The notes: a model not told the origin generated them from the letters alone. 63,626 bases of DNA, filler included, from Sluysia triapertura (GCA_046118255.1; 4 parts of 4 records of this genome joined end to end with filler, not necessarily neighbours in it); one strand, 5' to 3'. Positions 40,396-53,534 are shown, counted from the whole stretch's first letter. Numbers and translations are program-made.

Positions 40396-42699
40396 GTAAG
40401 TTGATATTGTAACTTATATATTATTATAATTATGTATATTGTGTGCATTTTATTGTATTTTTGATATTTTACATATTTTAAATTATTAATGTATTAAATT
40501 TAAATATTAAAATTATTAATGCATTTATTAAATATATTAAATTATTTAAAAATATTAAATTGTTAAGAAATTATTAAAATAGTATTTAAAAAATATATTA
40601 TCAAAAATATAATAATTAATTTAAAAAATTGTTTTAATTATTAAAGTTGCTATTTTATTAAGAGAACTACTAAAAATAGTATTTATAAACACTATAAAGA
40701 GCGAATCTAAATCGCTACGTAAGCATAAATATAATTTGAATTTTAAAAGTATTTAATTGGTGATATTAACAATTTATTTATATCTGGAGTAAAGAAAATT
40801 ATTTGTTCAGAAAAAATTATTGGTGTATGGAAAAATTAATTCATATTAATCGTTAGTTTTATGCTTTTTAAGTAAAGTTAATTTGTAACTACATAAAATA
40901 AACTCAAATTTAATTTATAAACTAAAAGTATTTTTAATACAATATAAAATTATTTATTGACATTCAATCACACCATATTAATTATAAATTAATATTGTTC
41001 AACATTTATTCCTATAATAGAGACGAATTTTTTAATTTTTGACATTTGATATTTTAAATTAATACTGTTCAACATTTATATAAACGAACTTTAAATTTTT
41101 TTATATGTTTGACACTTTCTAAGTTTACTTGATAATTAACAATTTTCTATTTATTAATTGTACAAGTCTTTTAACTTTTATGTATTTGTTGTTTTCACTA
41201 AATAATTTGTAATATTAGAATTTGTGTTTTTGATAATTGGTAATATTTTGAGTAAAATAAACTTGCTAAGTAGCATAATATTTGAATTAATAAGGATAAT
41301 TCTTTAAATACTGACTATTTTCCAAAGTATAGTAAAATCTTAATTGAAGAAAACCAATAATTATCTGGATCTAAGAAACAGAATTAAATATCAATATAAA
41401 GTTTCAGTTCTTATCTCTTCTTTCTTAAAAACTGCGAATCTATATGCTGGCCCTTCAGTAAGTAAGTCCAATATCATAGAGAACTTACATTAAAGATAAG
41501 ACATTTAATTCAAAATCAAAATCTTAATCACATCCTAATCTCACAACTAATTTCTACAAAATTGTTATATTTGATTTTATTTAAGTATTATTACTGATAA
41601 ATAATTGATTTTGTTATTCTTCATATTTGTTATGTGGTATGTGTCCCTTTTGGAACCATTGCTTTATATAATAATTTCGAAGCATCATACATACTATCAA
41701 ATGCATTATGTCTGTGCGTACTCAAGCACAAACGAAATATGAATGCCCCAGTTTCACAAAGAAACTATTATTAATTCAGTAACTAAACCAATTATTTATA
41801 AATCCAATTCCTTAAATTAAGAAAATATAAACACAATTCAAATATTGAAAACTGCTCTTATATATTTTTAATATTTTAAATAATTTTAAGCTGTAAAACT
41901 TTATGGAAATTTCATATTTTTCACATCAATAAATATATCTAATTTCGAACATCTTTTTCTTCAAATCACTTAAAATGAATTCGGCATTAATAAACATAAA
42001 TTATGTACATTAAATTAAAATTAAAAAAGTATTTTACTGCTCATTATGTAGACAAAGTATGTACTACGAATATTTTATTATCTTTATATTGATTTGTTTC
42101 TGAAATGCACTGAATTTCCAATTACTTTTTAAGTATTTTTAAATAAGTTATATTCTCTATTTCCTATTGTTTAAAAGCTCTGATTGTTTTATATTTATAT
42201 ATTATATGCCTGAATTTTATTTCAATTTTATTTCAATATATAAAGTCGTTTTATTTTAAAATATCACTGATTAAAAAGTGAAATAAAATTTTAAAAATTT
42301 CATTTAATTTATTTTTCTTTTATAAATTCTAATTTTTAATGTAATAGAAGCTTTTCTCTTAAAGTGTTGTTAATAAAATTTTCTTAATGTTTAAAAATTG
42401 AAATAAATAAAGCACAATATTTTCCATTTAATATTATTCTATTTTTATTCTTCGAAATGTAGTGTTGTTAAATTACGATTTATCAAAATTACATATGAAT
42501 TAATTAAATCTATTATTAAATTTGATTCTTTTTGATGAAAAGTATTATAAAATTTGACTATAAAATTTATACATTCCTTGTTATTTACATTTTATATTCT
42601 TACTAAATACAAAATATTTAAAATTATTATAAGATTTATTGAAAAATAATTTATAGAAACTAAGAAAAAACTCATAAATAAATATAAGATTTTCATTTG

Positions 42700-43941
42700 T
42701 GAACAAATTATATCCTATTAACTTAATCACTATAACCCTGTGCACGTAATGTAGTCTATCTTCTGAACGATCATCTAAACAAGAAAAATAATTATATAAT
42801 ATACGAAAAATTTTAATAATATAAAAATTTACGTTCTTTGATTTCACGTCATACTAATTGAGCTTGCTGCCTTGCCCAAATATACAGCTTTTGTATGTCT
42901 TTCGTAACAGTAGAGATGAAAGTATGGTTTCAACATTTATCTTATGTTCATTTTTGATACCACTTTGTTTATCGTGAAAACTTTGAATATACTCATAATA
43001 CAGATCTAAAAACATCTTGAAATCGCAATTTAATGAATATATAGAAGAACAATTCTTTAATTGTTGAGTATTGCACGAGCTATTGAACAACTCTATACGT
43101 TCAATAAACCGGAAGATAATGTACGTTCTGATACTACATGTACTGTGTGCACAGATCTGGTTGCTAGAGTTACTTCTATACAATCCATGCAATGAAATTG
43201 TAGACATTCGTCATTACGATTGGATAGTTCATAATCTCTAAAATCATTATCATTTTAAATTTATTTAGAAATCTTTAATTTTGATTCTGGCATATTAATT
43301 TCTTTTGTACACACTAATTTAATTTCAATACACAAAAATGATTCCTGATAATATGACGGATTAGGCATGAGAGTCAGTTGGTACAAAATTGACTTGATAA
43401 ATAAAATACCTTCTTCATTATCTTTAAATAAAATATACTTGTTAGGCTCCTTAAATACTTCATATATTAATTTCTCAATGTAACTTAATAAGTACAATTA
43501 TAGATTCGTCGTACTAGATCGGTTATTGTAAGCAGACTTTGTTATCTGTTCGCATAGAGAAGTCGGTGCTGTTAAATATGTGAAAATATAACATTTGGAA
43601 AAGTGTAATCGCCGTAAGTCATTTGAAATTGGAGCAATTAGCATGATCAACTTAATTAGATCGACATTGAACTTCTGAATTACATTATAATTTTCAATTG
43701 ATAAGTTATTATGACTGCCACGACTACGATAATTTGAAATGAACATTGATTTATAATCTTTCGAGAATTGATCTACTAAGAAGATCTTAGCCGCAGTGAG
43801 TAGTTTTGCGCCGGTGCATAAGCTAATTAAACCATCAAACCAGAATAATGCATTATATGATTCGATAAATAAAGTATCACTGAAATATTGACTGATTTCC
43901 AATGAACTGAATAAATTAGATATACCATTTATGTTTGCCAT
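42700..43941 (-). pseudogene. Orphan coding region downstream of cassette D, interrupted by in-frame stops
   Basis: ORFs 43498-43941 and 43261-43497 abut in the same frame across one TAA; 42854-43207 follows in that frame. Confidence 0.6.
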
Positions 43942-44091
43942 TTAATCACTTTTAAAATCGAAGTTTCTAGCAATTGTTGAAAGATTCGTAAGTCGCGAAT
44001 GAAATTACTCTTTTTTCTTTGAGCTTTATTTTTTAAAAGTAACTTTTTAAATCATTCAACATTAATTTTTCTGTGTTAGATGATCGGTGAT

Positions 44092-44261
44092 TGGTCATCT
44101 AACCAGAATTCTCTATCTGTAAATTATTGGATTTTCAATCTGGTTATATGACCAGTAAAATGTGAGCAAATTTAATGGATTAGGAATAGTAAGTAATTAG
44201 CCATCATCAGTGTTGACATAAATTTGTTGACAGTACTGAACCATGTCAACACTGATGACGG
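44092..44261 (-). other. Twin-hairpin cassette copy D (IR-A 44092-44154, IR-B 44201-44261)
   Basis: tggtcatctaaccaga...tctggttatatgacca and ccatcatcagtgttgacat...atgtcaacactgatgacgg. Confidence 0.9.
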
Positions 44262-44744
44262 TAGAAACAATAATTGGCAATAATGATAATTACAAAAATA
44301 CGTAATGTTATTATATTAATGTTTTTATATTAATCTTCACGATCTTTAAAATATTTGTAAAAAATTTTGTGAGACTTTATGCGATTCATGTATTTATAAA
44401 AAATTTTTATGTCCTTGACCTTTATTATTTTTTAAACAAAACTATATTTTAAAACAAAAACAATAAAATAATAAACTTACGTGATAATAATACCAGATTA
44501 GAATTAATTGCAATTAAAATTATTTTCAATTAATATTATTTCCGAATTAAAATTATTTCCAAATTATAATTTAACAATTATAAAATCTTTATGCTAATAA
44601 ATTAAAATCTTTATTATTTACATATAATTATTTACATATTTAATATACACATTTAATATACACAAATTATATAAATTATTTGATTGATTATTTATTTTTA
44701 GATTGTACACACTACACATATAAATTATTTGATTGTATTGACAA

Positions 44745-45245
44745 TACTTAGACATCGAACATATTAAACTTTAATTTTAAATTATAAAAATTAATTAAAA
44801 TAACTCGTTTTTACGTTGACGTGCTTCGCAATACCTCATCATTAAAAACATTAATAAAACTCAATATTATATACCAAGTCTAATATCATTTTATAATGAG
44901 AAAACATTTTTATTGAGTCATCAAATTAAACAAATTTTAATTACATTAATTAACAAATGTATTTTAATATTTTACCAAATAAAACCATTTAAAGGGTTAT
45001 TGTCATCTTATTTCTCATTATTTTGTTTCGATTTAAATATTTTATATGCTTATCCTACCATTACAGTTCATCATAATGCTTCATCTTCATTTTTTAATAA
45101 TGCTGAACTTCTTTTACTATCTTTAGTCTTGACTCTTATATAAAGATTATGATTATTAAGCTAACAATAACAAAGATTATGATTACGAACCTAACAATAA
45201 CGATGATGACCCTTACATCTACCTTTATCCTTCACTAATCCCAAT
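44745..45245. repeat. Dispersed AT-rich repeat, copy 2 (see 795-1140)
   Basis: Collinear similarity with 795-1140. Confidence 0.8.
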
Positions 45246-46487
45246 ATAAGGTCTATACTCTTTTGAGGGACGTACCTATAATATTGTATTTTAACTTAAC
45301 TCAGTGTTATTTGATTTGAGGATTTATAATATAATACGGATCAATAGTTTTTCTTGTGCGGTTTTAATGAATCGTTCTGATGAATTGTTTTAGCATATTG
45401 TGGAATTTTCCATTTTTATTAAATTATTTCGAATCGGATCTCAAATATTTATATCATCATAATTACTTTCATTAACAAACTGCTTTTCCGTTTTAAAATT
45501 CAATTTATTTTTGTAATTTTATAAATATTAAAATTTTTAAAGAAATTTTGGATCATAATAATTAATAATTGATAATAATCTAATAAAAGTTAAGTAAATA
45601 TTAATTAAATTAAAATGTTTAATTTGAAAAGTATAAATTTATAAGTTAATTGCAAAATTTAATTATTTCCGCTAAATCAATCAGTTAAAATTAATATTTA
45701 TCAAAAATTAGAAAGATTATTTCCGGTAAGTCACTTAGTTAAGATAAATATTTAATTTATTTATTGGATTATTTTTAATTGTCGGCAAAGATAAAAGACT
45801 TTATTAATTCAAAAATAGTATATAAGACAGAAGAACTTTTCGTAAAACACACAATAAAATAAAAGTTTTTTATAAATCTTGAAAAGTTTGAATTGATACA
45901 TTCTATCAAGGAGATTTTATTAGTTGGAAAATTCAAGGAATGATTTAATTCATTACAGAATTTTTTGGGAACAATTGAAATTTATTGGACTTATCAATTT
46001 TGCTGTTATGATCCACAATTAGTAAGCGTTTGTTAATAAGTTCCTTACAATAATAGTTTGTATTAAAATCGGACTTAAATTCATTTGATTATCGACACCC
46101 AAGCATTCGCCTGGGTCAAAATCTAACTTAAATTTTATTTACATTAAACTTTGGAGAATTCCAAGTATATATATATATATATATATATGTTGTCTATATT
46201 GAATTTTGTATTTTTATTTTCATTTTGTGTAATACATATATTGGAGTATTAATCGTATTTTTGTAACTAAGTAAATATATTTTGTTAATAAAGCAACAGA
46301 CCCTCTACTAGTGATTTAATTAGCAAATCGTGCATCAAGCATAAGATTATCTTTTCGTAGTATTAACATATTATTTCCTATAACTACGTCTTCCGCGTGA
46401 TATAAAACTTAGATTATAGGCGGACCCGATAAAATAATTATAATTGTTCATTAAGATAAAAGTAAAGTACAATTCTGAACAATTATT

Positions 46488-46505
46488 TGGCGCCCAAATT
46501 GGGAC
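46488..46505 (+). promoter_or_regulatory. Primer-binding site (tRNA-Lys-type) of an LTR retrotransposon
   Basis: TGGCGCCCAAATTGGGAC resembles the Lys PBS TGGCGCCCGAACAGGGAC; a few nt after ...GAACA and upstream of gag. Confidence 0.8.
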
Positions 46506-46668
46506 AATGATAACGATTAACGTAATAATAATATTAACTTGTGACATTTAAGTTTAAGTAGCTAAACTATTTAAGTTTAAGCATTTTTATTGATGGATTT
46601 TTTGTAGATTTTTAAGGATAGATATAAACGATAAAGAAAATAGAAGCGGATTACGCAGAATTAACTCT

Positions 46669-48519
46669 TTGGAAAATATTAAAATAAGTAGAACTAGGAA
46701 AACTAAGCAAAGTAAACTAAATATGGAACAAACAGTTGAAGATTTAAGGGACTGCATTAAGCATTTATTAGTAAATATGAAACCTGCTGTTATCCTCCCA
46801 GAAATGAGGAAATTTAGTGGAAATGAAGAAGAATTATGCGATTTTCTTTATGAGTATGACAGCGTTGCAGAAGTCAACGGCTGGTCAGAAATAGATAAAA
46901 TTAAAAGAATCCAAAATTATTTGACAGGCGTCGCTATCCAGACGTACAAAGAAATTGAACCAGAGAAAAAACAAGATTGGATTACATTTTTAAATGCGTT
47001 TAAAGAAGAAATTGCTTTAGATGACATAGAATGTTGAATACTAGGAGACAAATAGAAGAAGAAACTGTCTATGAATTCGCTTGCGCGTTAAAATGCTTAG
47101 TAGTAAGGGCTAAAATACCTAATGATAAAAGTGAAGCAACATTAATAGATAAACTTAAGAATGGTTTACGACCAGAATTAGAAGTATTTGTAAGTTTAAT
47201 AGATAATAAACCGTTTAAAGAAGTAGTAAAGCATTAAGGGGTATAGAAAGGTCACAAAAAGAAACAGAGAAATCTCAAAAAGAAAAAGGTAATATTAATT
47301 ATATAGTTAAGGTTAAGAATGTTAGGAGTGAATCACCTAAAAATAAACCTAGAGAATATTTTAAAGATAGTGATTTAGAAACATATAAATCTCGGGAAAA
47401 TAAAAGAAGTTTAAATAGTTATAATTCAAGACATAATTATCAAAACCAAGGAAAAAATTACCAAAATTCGAATAGAAGTCATCAAAATTCATCAAGAGTT
47501 TATCAAAATTCGGATAGAAATTATCAAAATACAAGAAGGACTACAAGGGGATTCGCCAGAAATTATTCGAACAATGGCTCTAGAGATTACGAGCAGCGAC
47601 CATCCCCCCAGGCCAAGCAATGATGGACAAAGAAATAATTTTGATAGAAACAAAAGCCCATCTCGATCAAATTACAACAATTACAAAAAAAGGACTAATA
47701 CCGAAGAAGAATTAATATGTCATAATTGTAATAAATCAGGACATTATGCTCGTAATTGCAACAAGCTGAAATCCGAAACTTTTAAGCAAAACTTTAATAG
47801 AAATAGACAAAATTCTCCGAAAAGAGTAAAATTTGAAGATAAATGGCAAATCAATTTCAATTACTATGAAAATTACGAAGATTTTGGTTATGAAAAATAC
47901 CCAAGAAGACTAACGGATGAAGAGGAAGAAATGTTACGTGAATTTCGTAGAGCGAAATTAGATAGTATGGATATGCGCGAATAAAGAAGGAAAACAAAAA
48001 TAGAACAAGAAGACGAGGACGAAACGTTCATCAATTACTTTTTTCGAAAAATGGAGAATGAAAAAAATATAATAGTGAAAGTAGTAAAAGAAACAACAGA
48101 ATTTAAATACGCAAGAGATGGAGGAAGGAAGGAAAAATGTCGAAGCAATTATTAAAAGATGGGAAAAGGACAATAATATAATAAACGAAGAAGAATCAAT
48201 TACTCAACTGGAGGAATCAATCGATAAAGGTAATTTGGTTGATGATCTAATTGAGAATTTGGATTCAATGATTATATTAGGTAATGAAGAGGAAAAACAA
48301 ACAGTTGACCAGAATAATCAGAGAGAAATAGACACTCCAGAACCAACATTGATTGAAGAAACAAAGGCATTCGAAAATGACGATGATATTGATAGAAATT
48401 TGGATAAAATTTTGAATTTAAATTTAAATATGTTTAACGCGCAGAGTATTAAATCAAGTTTGGTTGTACTAAGTGAAGCTAGTTACGACATAAATTTGAA
48501 ATTGATAGTATCTATTTAA
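46669..48519 (+). mobile_element. gag: Degenerate Ty3/gypsy-type LTR retrotransposon gag (frameshifted); pol not seen
   Basis: Capsid-like KFSGNEEELCDFLYEYDSVAEVNGWS..K...YLTGVA...W..F...F; RRQ.EEETV.EF...LK.L; CCHC knuckle CHNCNKSGHYARNC; several frameshifts and stops. Confidence 0.9.
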
Positions 48520-49594
48520 AGCCATTGCTAGTGGAGAGACCACATCGTCTGAACGGCATCCCACATTGTCTGCATTATGCTTACAGACCTATACTAATAA
48601 CTTTCTCTTTAGATACTCCAAGAAATACGCGAGACATTTGGAAATTTATCAAACAGATAGATTAATTAAGCAATGGAGAAATAACAAAAATACAAACAAT
48701 TTTACCCAACTATAATACAACTAAGAAACAGATAAGTAATACAAAAGAAGCACTCATATACTACAACTACAAATCGGAAAAGCAATTTGACCAATTCAAC
48801 TACAAAAGTCACTACAATGCATTCTTATAACTTTCTTATAATTCTATTAATTTTTACAGTACTATATATACTTTAGACTGTAATTTGCTTGTTTCAAATT
48901 CATAAGAAAATACGGACCCTACAAATATTAAAAATCTTATACCATTAATTATAAGTACAATTAATTTTAAACAATGATTACAATGATTACTGTCACGAAT
49001 ATTCATTTAAGACAGAACACTTCGAATTTTATAATAGCGATAATAAAGTCATTGAAAGAATTTCAGAAATAGCTATTGATAAACAAGGAATTAATTGCAA
49101 AATTATTGGAATATCGATTTACGATTCAAATTCATTTAAGAAAAGCTGTGTTGGAAAAAAGATTAATATAGAAAACCGACCATATAATTACATCTGTGGA
49201 AATTCAAATTGTGTATTTTATTAAGTAAGCTTATTCGTGATAGGTTTTTCGGCATAAATCATTTGCCTCAAAATCATTTAATTTTTTTAAAACCCAAGAA
49301 TTACTCCTAGGTCAAATTGAGATATAAGACAAGGAACATTTATTATCTATAATTTTAATTTCAATAATCAGCGCATATAGTTTTTGCTCGTTGTTTCTTT
49401 GATTAACCTCGTCACTATTTGTACTTCACGAATCAGATCGCCAATTTTGTACACTAAAGCAATAAAATTTATGAAATTTAATGAATAAATACTCACATAA
49501 TGTATTTTTATAATTAAATTGATATTAATCATTGCTTCAAGTTTTTGTTCTTCCGACAATTTAGGTTTTAAAACTTCATGTAGTATTAATCTAA

Positions 49595-51074
49595 CTAAGC
49601 ATTGAGCACTTTGTGAAATATAAATTTGTTTTTTCCTGAGCATAAACTAATCACTGTAGAGGTCGGTTTGTTTGAGTTTATTGATAGATTTACTTGAATT
49701 AAAGTCGTGAAAAGCTTCGAGGGCTTGATTTTGTGTAAAAAATGACGATGTTGATGTAATTCAATCTCGTGAACATTATATTTATCTATAGGACAAGCAA
49801 GGTACAAAAGCTTACGAAACTCAAAATTAAGTTGAACTAAATTATTGACTTTTAAAATGTTTTCAAGTTCGATTATGTATGGGCTAATTATGTCTTCATT
49901 ATGTAAGATCTTATTGCTATACAAAAACTCGACCTCTATTTTAATTTTATCATCTTCGAGTTTTAATACTTCGAAGTAATGTTTGATTTTATTAGCAATG
50001 TCAGTAAAGATTTGGTTGTTACGCAAATTGGAGTTATCTTTAGGTTTCCTACTGTTCGGATCGAACTCTCTGTTACTTCTAATGCTTCTATATTTAACGA
50101 AATCTTGGATATATTTACTGAGAAGATTAAAATTTTTCATCATTTTATAAAGAAAACAAAATCCTAGTTTTTTAACAACATTATTTATTAAAACTTCAAA
50201 TTCATTTACACTAAAAAGATAATTGGCTGGAGTTGAGTTTAACTGTACTTCGTTCGCCATAGAACCGGATATGTTGTATATTGATCTAGGAATAAAATAA
50301 ATAAAAGTATAATATATAGTATAATTAGGCAAAGTAATAAGAAAATTTAGAGATGAATTATGGTTTAACCGGTGCTTACCTTCTTCGTGGTAGATCATCT
50401 GCTCGTGATTTTTGACATCGATTGGCCGCTGCTTTATAGGTTTCAGAGTCATTACATCGTAGCTTCTTTGCTTTTCGCCATTTACACTAATTACATTCAT
50501 CTTTGCACTAGATATAACGATCACCTTGTACTCGAAATTATTTGCATTGCTAACTTTAGGTTTCGCACTAATTGTATTGATCAGATTACATTTCAGACTC
50601 GTCACATCATAACTTCTTTGCTTTTCACTATTTACACTAATTACATTCATCTTTGCACTAGATATAACGATCACCTTGTACTCGAAATTATTTGCATTGC
50701 TAACTTNNNNNNNNNNNNNNNNNNNNNNNNNNNNNNNNNNNNNNNNNNNNNNNNNNNNNNNNNNNNNNNNNNNNNNNNNNNNNNNNNNNNNNNNNNNNNN
50801 NNNNNNTAGGTTTCGCACTAATTGTATCATCATCGATTCCCTTCACTGCATAACTTTTACTCTTTGCAAAATCATCATTATATACCGTGTAACAATCAGT
50901 ACAACACAATACAATTGGATTGTAAAATTGACTTGTGGTGCTTGGATATATGCTTACTATCTTGCTTGTGGTTTTAAACTGAGTTTTAATTAAACCACCA
51001 TCAAATTCTTTTGTGAAACATTCTGTAGCTCTCTCTCGTTCTTCGTGATACACTTTACGTTCTCGGGTAATCAT
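49595..51074 (-). CDS. Orphan repeat-containing ORF downstream of cassette E (spans an N gap)
   Basis: ATG at 51074, open to the gap; after the gap open for ~370 codons; contains 50-aa tandem repeats. Confidence 0.6.
50442..50827. repeat. 150-bp coding tandem repeat, collapsed into the gap at 50707-50806
   Basis: ttacattcatctttgcactagatataacgatcaccttgtactcgaaattatttgcattgctaactt occurs at 50491 and 50641; taggtttcgcactaattgtat recurs after the gap. Confidence 0.9.
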
Positions 51075-51583
51075 TTTTATTAGAGCTTATTATGATTAAA
51101 ATGGCTGGTTTTATTTTATTTCAATGCTGATTAAATGATTTTTGTTTTTCCAAATGGCTGCCAATTTATCGATCGTGCTGCGCAAAATTATGGCCGTTTA
51201 TTAGTAGTGATAATAATTTTTTTAGTATTGAGAAAACAAACGACTATTGAATTGTCTTTGATTAAGAGGCAAAATGGTTGAAAAATTGCTATAATTTTTT
51301 ATTTTTGTCTTTAATTCTACGTCTGGTTTTTTATTTTCGGTAATGTTGACGAAAAAATAATAATTACTAATTTTTCTCTTGTTACTCTTTTTTATGAATA
51401 ATTACTGTGTGTTTTTAATCAGTCGATACAGCTGTTAGATTGTTCTATAATATTGTAGTCTGTTGTGTTTTTTAACACCTGGCTGACAAATTATCTTTCT
51501 TCTTTTTTATTGGTTGTCTTAATATGCTTGCCTGATTATTGATTTCTAGCTAACTATTGATTTGACAACTGGCGTTAATTCTG

Positions 51584-51646
51584 ACTCCACCCAATCATGT
51601 TTGCTTAATGGTAATTACAATAATGTTGGATTTGATTGGGTGGAGT
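51584..51646 (-). other. Cassette copy E (IR-A only; IR-B degenerate)
   Basis: actccacccaatca...tgattgggtggagt (14-bp perfect), followed by tgattggc and an AAT-rich tract as in the other copies. Confidence 0.75.
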
Positions 51647-51937
51647 GTATTTGAAATGATGATGATTGGCATTGTGTCAATTCATCATTTGACTAATTTT
51701 GTGCTTTGTGTATAGTATGTTATTACGTAATATAGTTGATTAATATATTTGTTAATGATAAAAGTGCAAATAATTAATCATAATAATAATAATGTAATTA
51801 ATAATAATACAAAGGATAATAAAAGTATAATAAAAGTNNNNNNNNNNNNNNNNNNNNNNNNNNNNNNNNNNNNNNNNNNNNTTAATTAATTAANNNNNNN
51901 NNNNNNNNNNNNNNNNNNNNNNNNNNNNNNNNNNNNN

Positions 51938-52007
<70 letters not shown>

Positions 52008-52144
52008 GGATATTATCAAATGAATATTATATGACAATAATAATGATAATAATAATACCAAAAGAAGAATACAAAAGCTTCTAATTATATCCGTTACTAT
52101 AGAGTTAATAATTTATTTCTTGATGTTTGTAATCCCCTGTTCAG

Positions 52145-52194
52145 AAAACAGTCTCACTGATATGGATGCGTATTTCATCGCTTCTGCATTACAG
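52145..52194 (+). CDS. Candidate small exon of an RNI-like leucine-rich-repeat protein
   Basis: ttcag|(x)NSLTDMDAYFIASALQ|gttatt fits the N.LTD..A..IA.AL LRR pattern. Confidence 0.4.
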
Positions 52195-52290
52195 GTTATT
52201 TATTCGCTTTTTATTTCAATTTATTTATCAACCGAATGAAATCTCGAAATTACTGTTAGACTTCATAAAACGGCCTTCTCGCTGCGCAGT

Positions 52291-53040
52291 GTAAGTCTTC
52301 TCTTTTTAGAGAAGGAAGGTCTTCTTGTATTGAGGACTTTCAGGGACTTTGCAGGATATGGTTGCGGTATGTGTTATTCGAGGACTGCAGAGCTAGTCGT
52401 ACACGCTGTCGTACCAGGTTCTTGATTTCGGTCTCGTGGAACCGAAGTGCCCTGAAAAGCCTATGATTCTTGGGATCCCATGACTCCAAAGCTCCACAAC
52501 GAATGTATCCAGAGACACCTTGCATTTCAGTTGTTTCTGCAGTTTGTTCTGAATGTCAGCAAACTTCGCAGTATTGGTGGTTCGGCTATTTCGATGTTTT
52601 TCTTCAGGTTCATGGGTCTTGGAATCAATCAAGAACGGTTGTGATTGGGCCTGTGTGGCGTAGGCGAATCCCTGATGACCGATAATCCATTCTGAGTCAT
52701 TTTGTCCATTTTGTCGTGCCGGACTGCTCTGGCTGTGCTTGAGTGAGGACATAGGCAGAGCACGTGTAGAAGGGATTCAGACTCGAAGCCACACCATCGA
52801 CATGATACTGGCAGATGCAGACGTATGTTCTACGGATTGGAATTAAGACTAAGGATGTTGTTCCGGGCTTTGATCATAAACATCCATGCATTGTTTTCCA
52901 GTTTCAGTAAGATGGATTTGCTAGAGATGGTGACATAGTTACATTGCTACTTAGGAGACTTCCAGATGTTGATATTGTAAGTGCTGATCAGCTTTTTATT
53001 CCTTGTAGTAGTGGATAATGATGATTGTTTGTCGCCAAGT
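52291..53040 (-). mobile_element. 5'-truncated, degenerate RLE-type (NeSL/Utopia-like, R2 group) non-LTR retrotransposon
   Basis: CRWCGFESESLLHVLCLCPHSSTARAVRHD is the CCHC + RHD motif preceding the restriction-like endonuclease; after frameshifts, KFADI..L...VSLDTFVV/GALESWDPKNHRLFRAL...SNNTYRNHI matches the GALGSWDP.N tail; locally GC-rich. Confidence 0.85.
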
Positions 53041-53404
53041 ATATCCGATTGAGCTATCAATTTTATTTTAATATAGTCAATTATACTATCATTATTCTAA
53101 ATGTTACTTTAGGCCTGTAACACAACATCATTTTGAATTGACTTTCTTGTTTATTCACATTGTGATTGCAAAGAATGTTAAAAAAGGGCTCCAGAAGAAC
53201 AGGGATAATGGTAACGATGAACAAAATTTTAAATAACTGTACTTTTCAAAAATGAAAAAAGTTTTATAAAACAATCTGATTAGTTTATAATTTAGTAACT
53301 TTAGTTACAGTTACAAATATTCTGATGTCTGTTGTGTGTGGTTTAGGATTTAGTTTTAATCAGTTATTTCCTATTTCAAGTTATATCAGTTGTAGTCGAC
53401 TGTA

Positions 53405-53534
53405 CATATGCGATACAGGCCTAGAATAATGATAGTGTACTATACTAAAAGAAAATTGTTAGACGGGGCTGATAGCTCAGTGGGTAGAGAGCCCGAGTTC
53501 GATTCCCAGGCAGTCCATTTAATGAAGTCTAACA
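53405..53534 (+). mobile_element. tRNA-containing repeat, copy with the anticodon arm deleted
   Basis: gatacaggccta...aaaattgttagacggggctgatagctcagtgggtagagagcccgagttcgattcccaggcagtccatttaatgaagtctaaca. Confidence 0.8.

Noticed and set aside
50372-50993. Plus-strand ORFs over the 150-bp repeat and ORFs containing X runs
   Set aside because: Antisense shadows of the minus-strand ORF, or frames extended artificially through Ns.
52340-52752. Three overlapping ORFs as separate genes
   Set aside because: Frameshifted pieces and antisense shadow of one decayed RLE LINE ORF.
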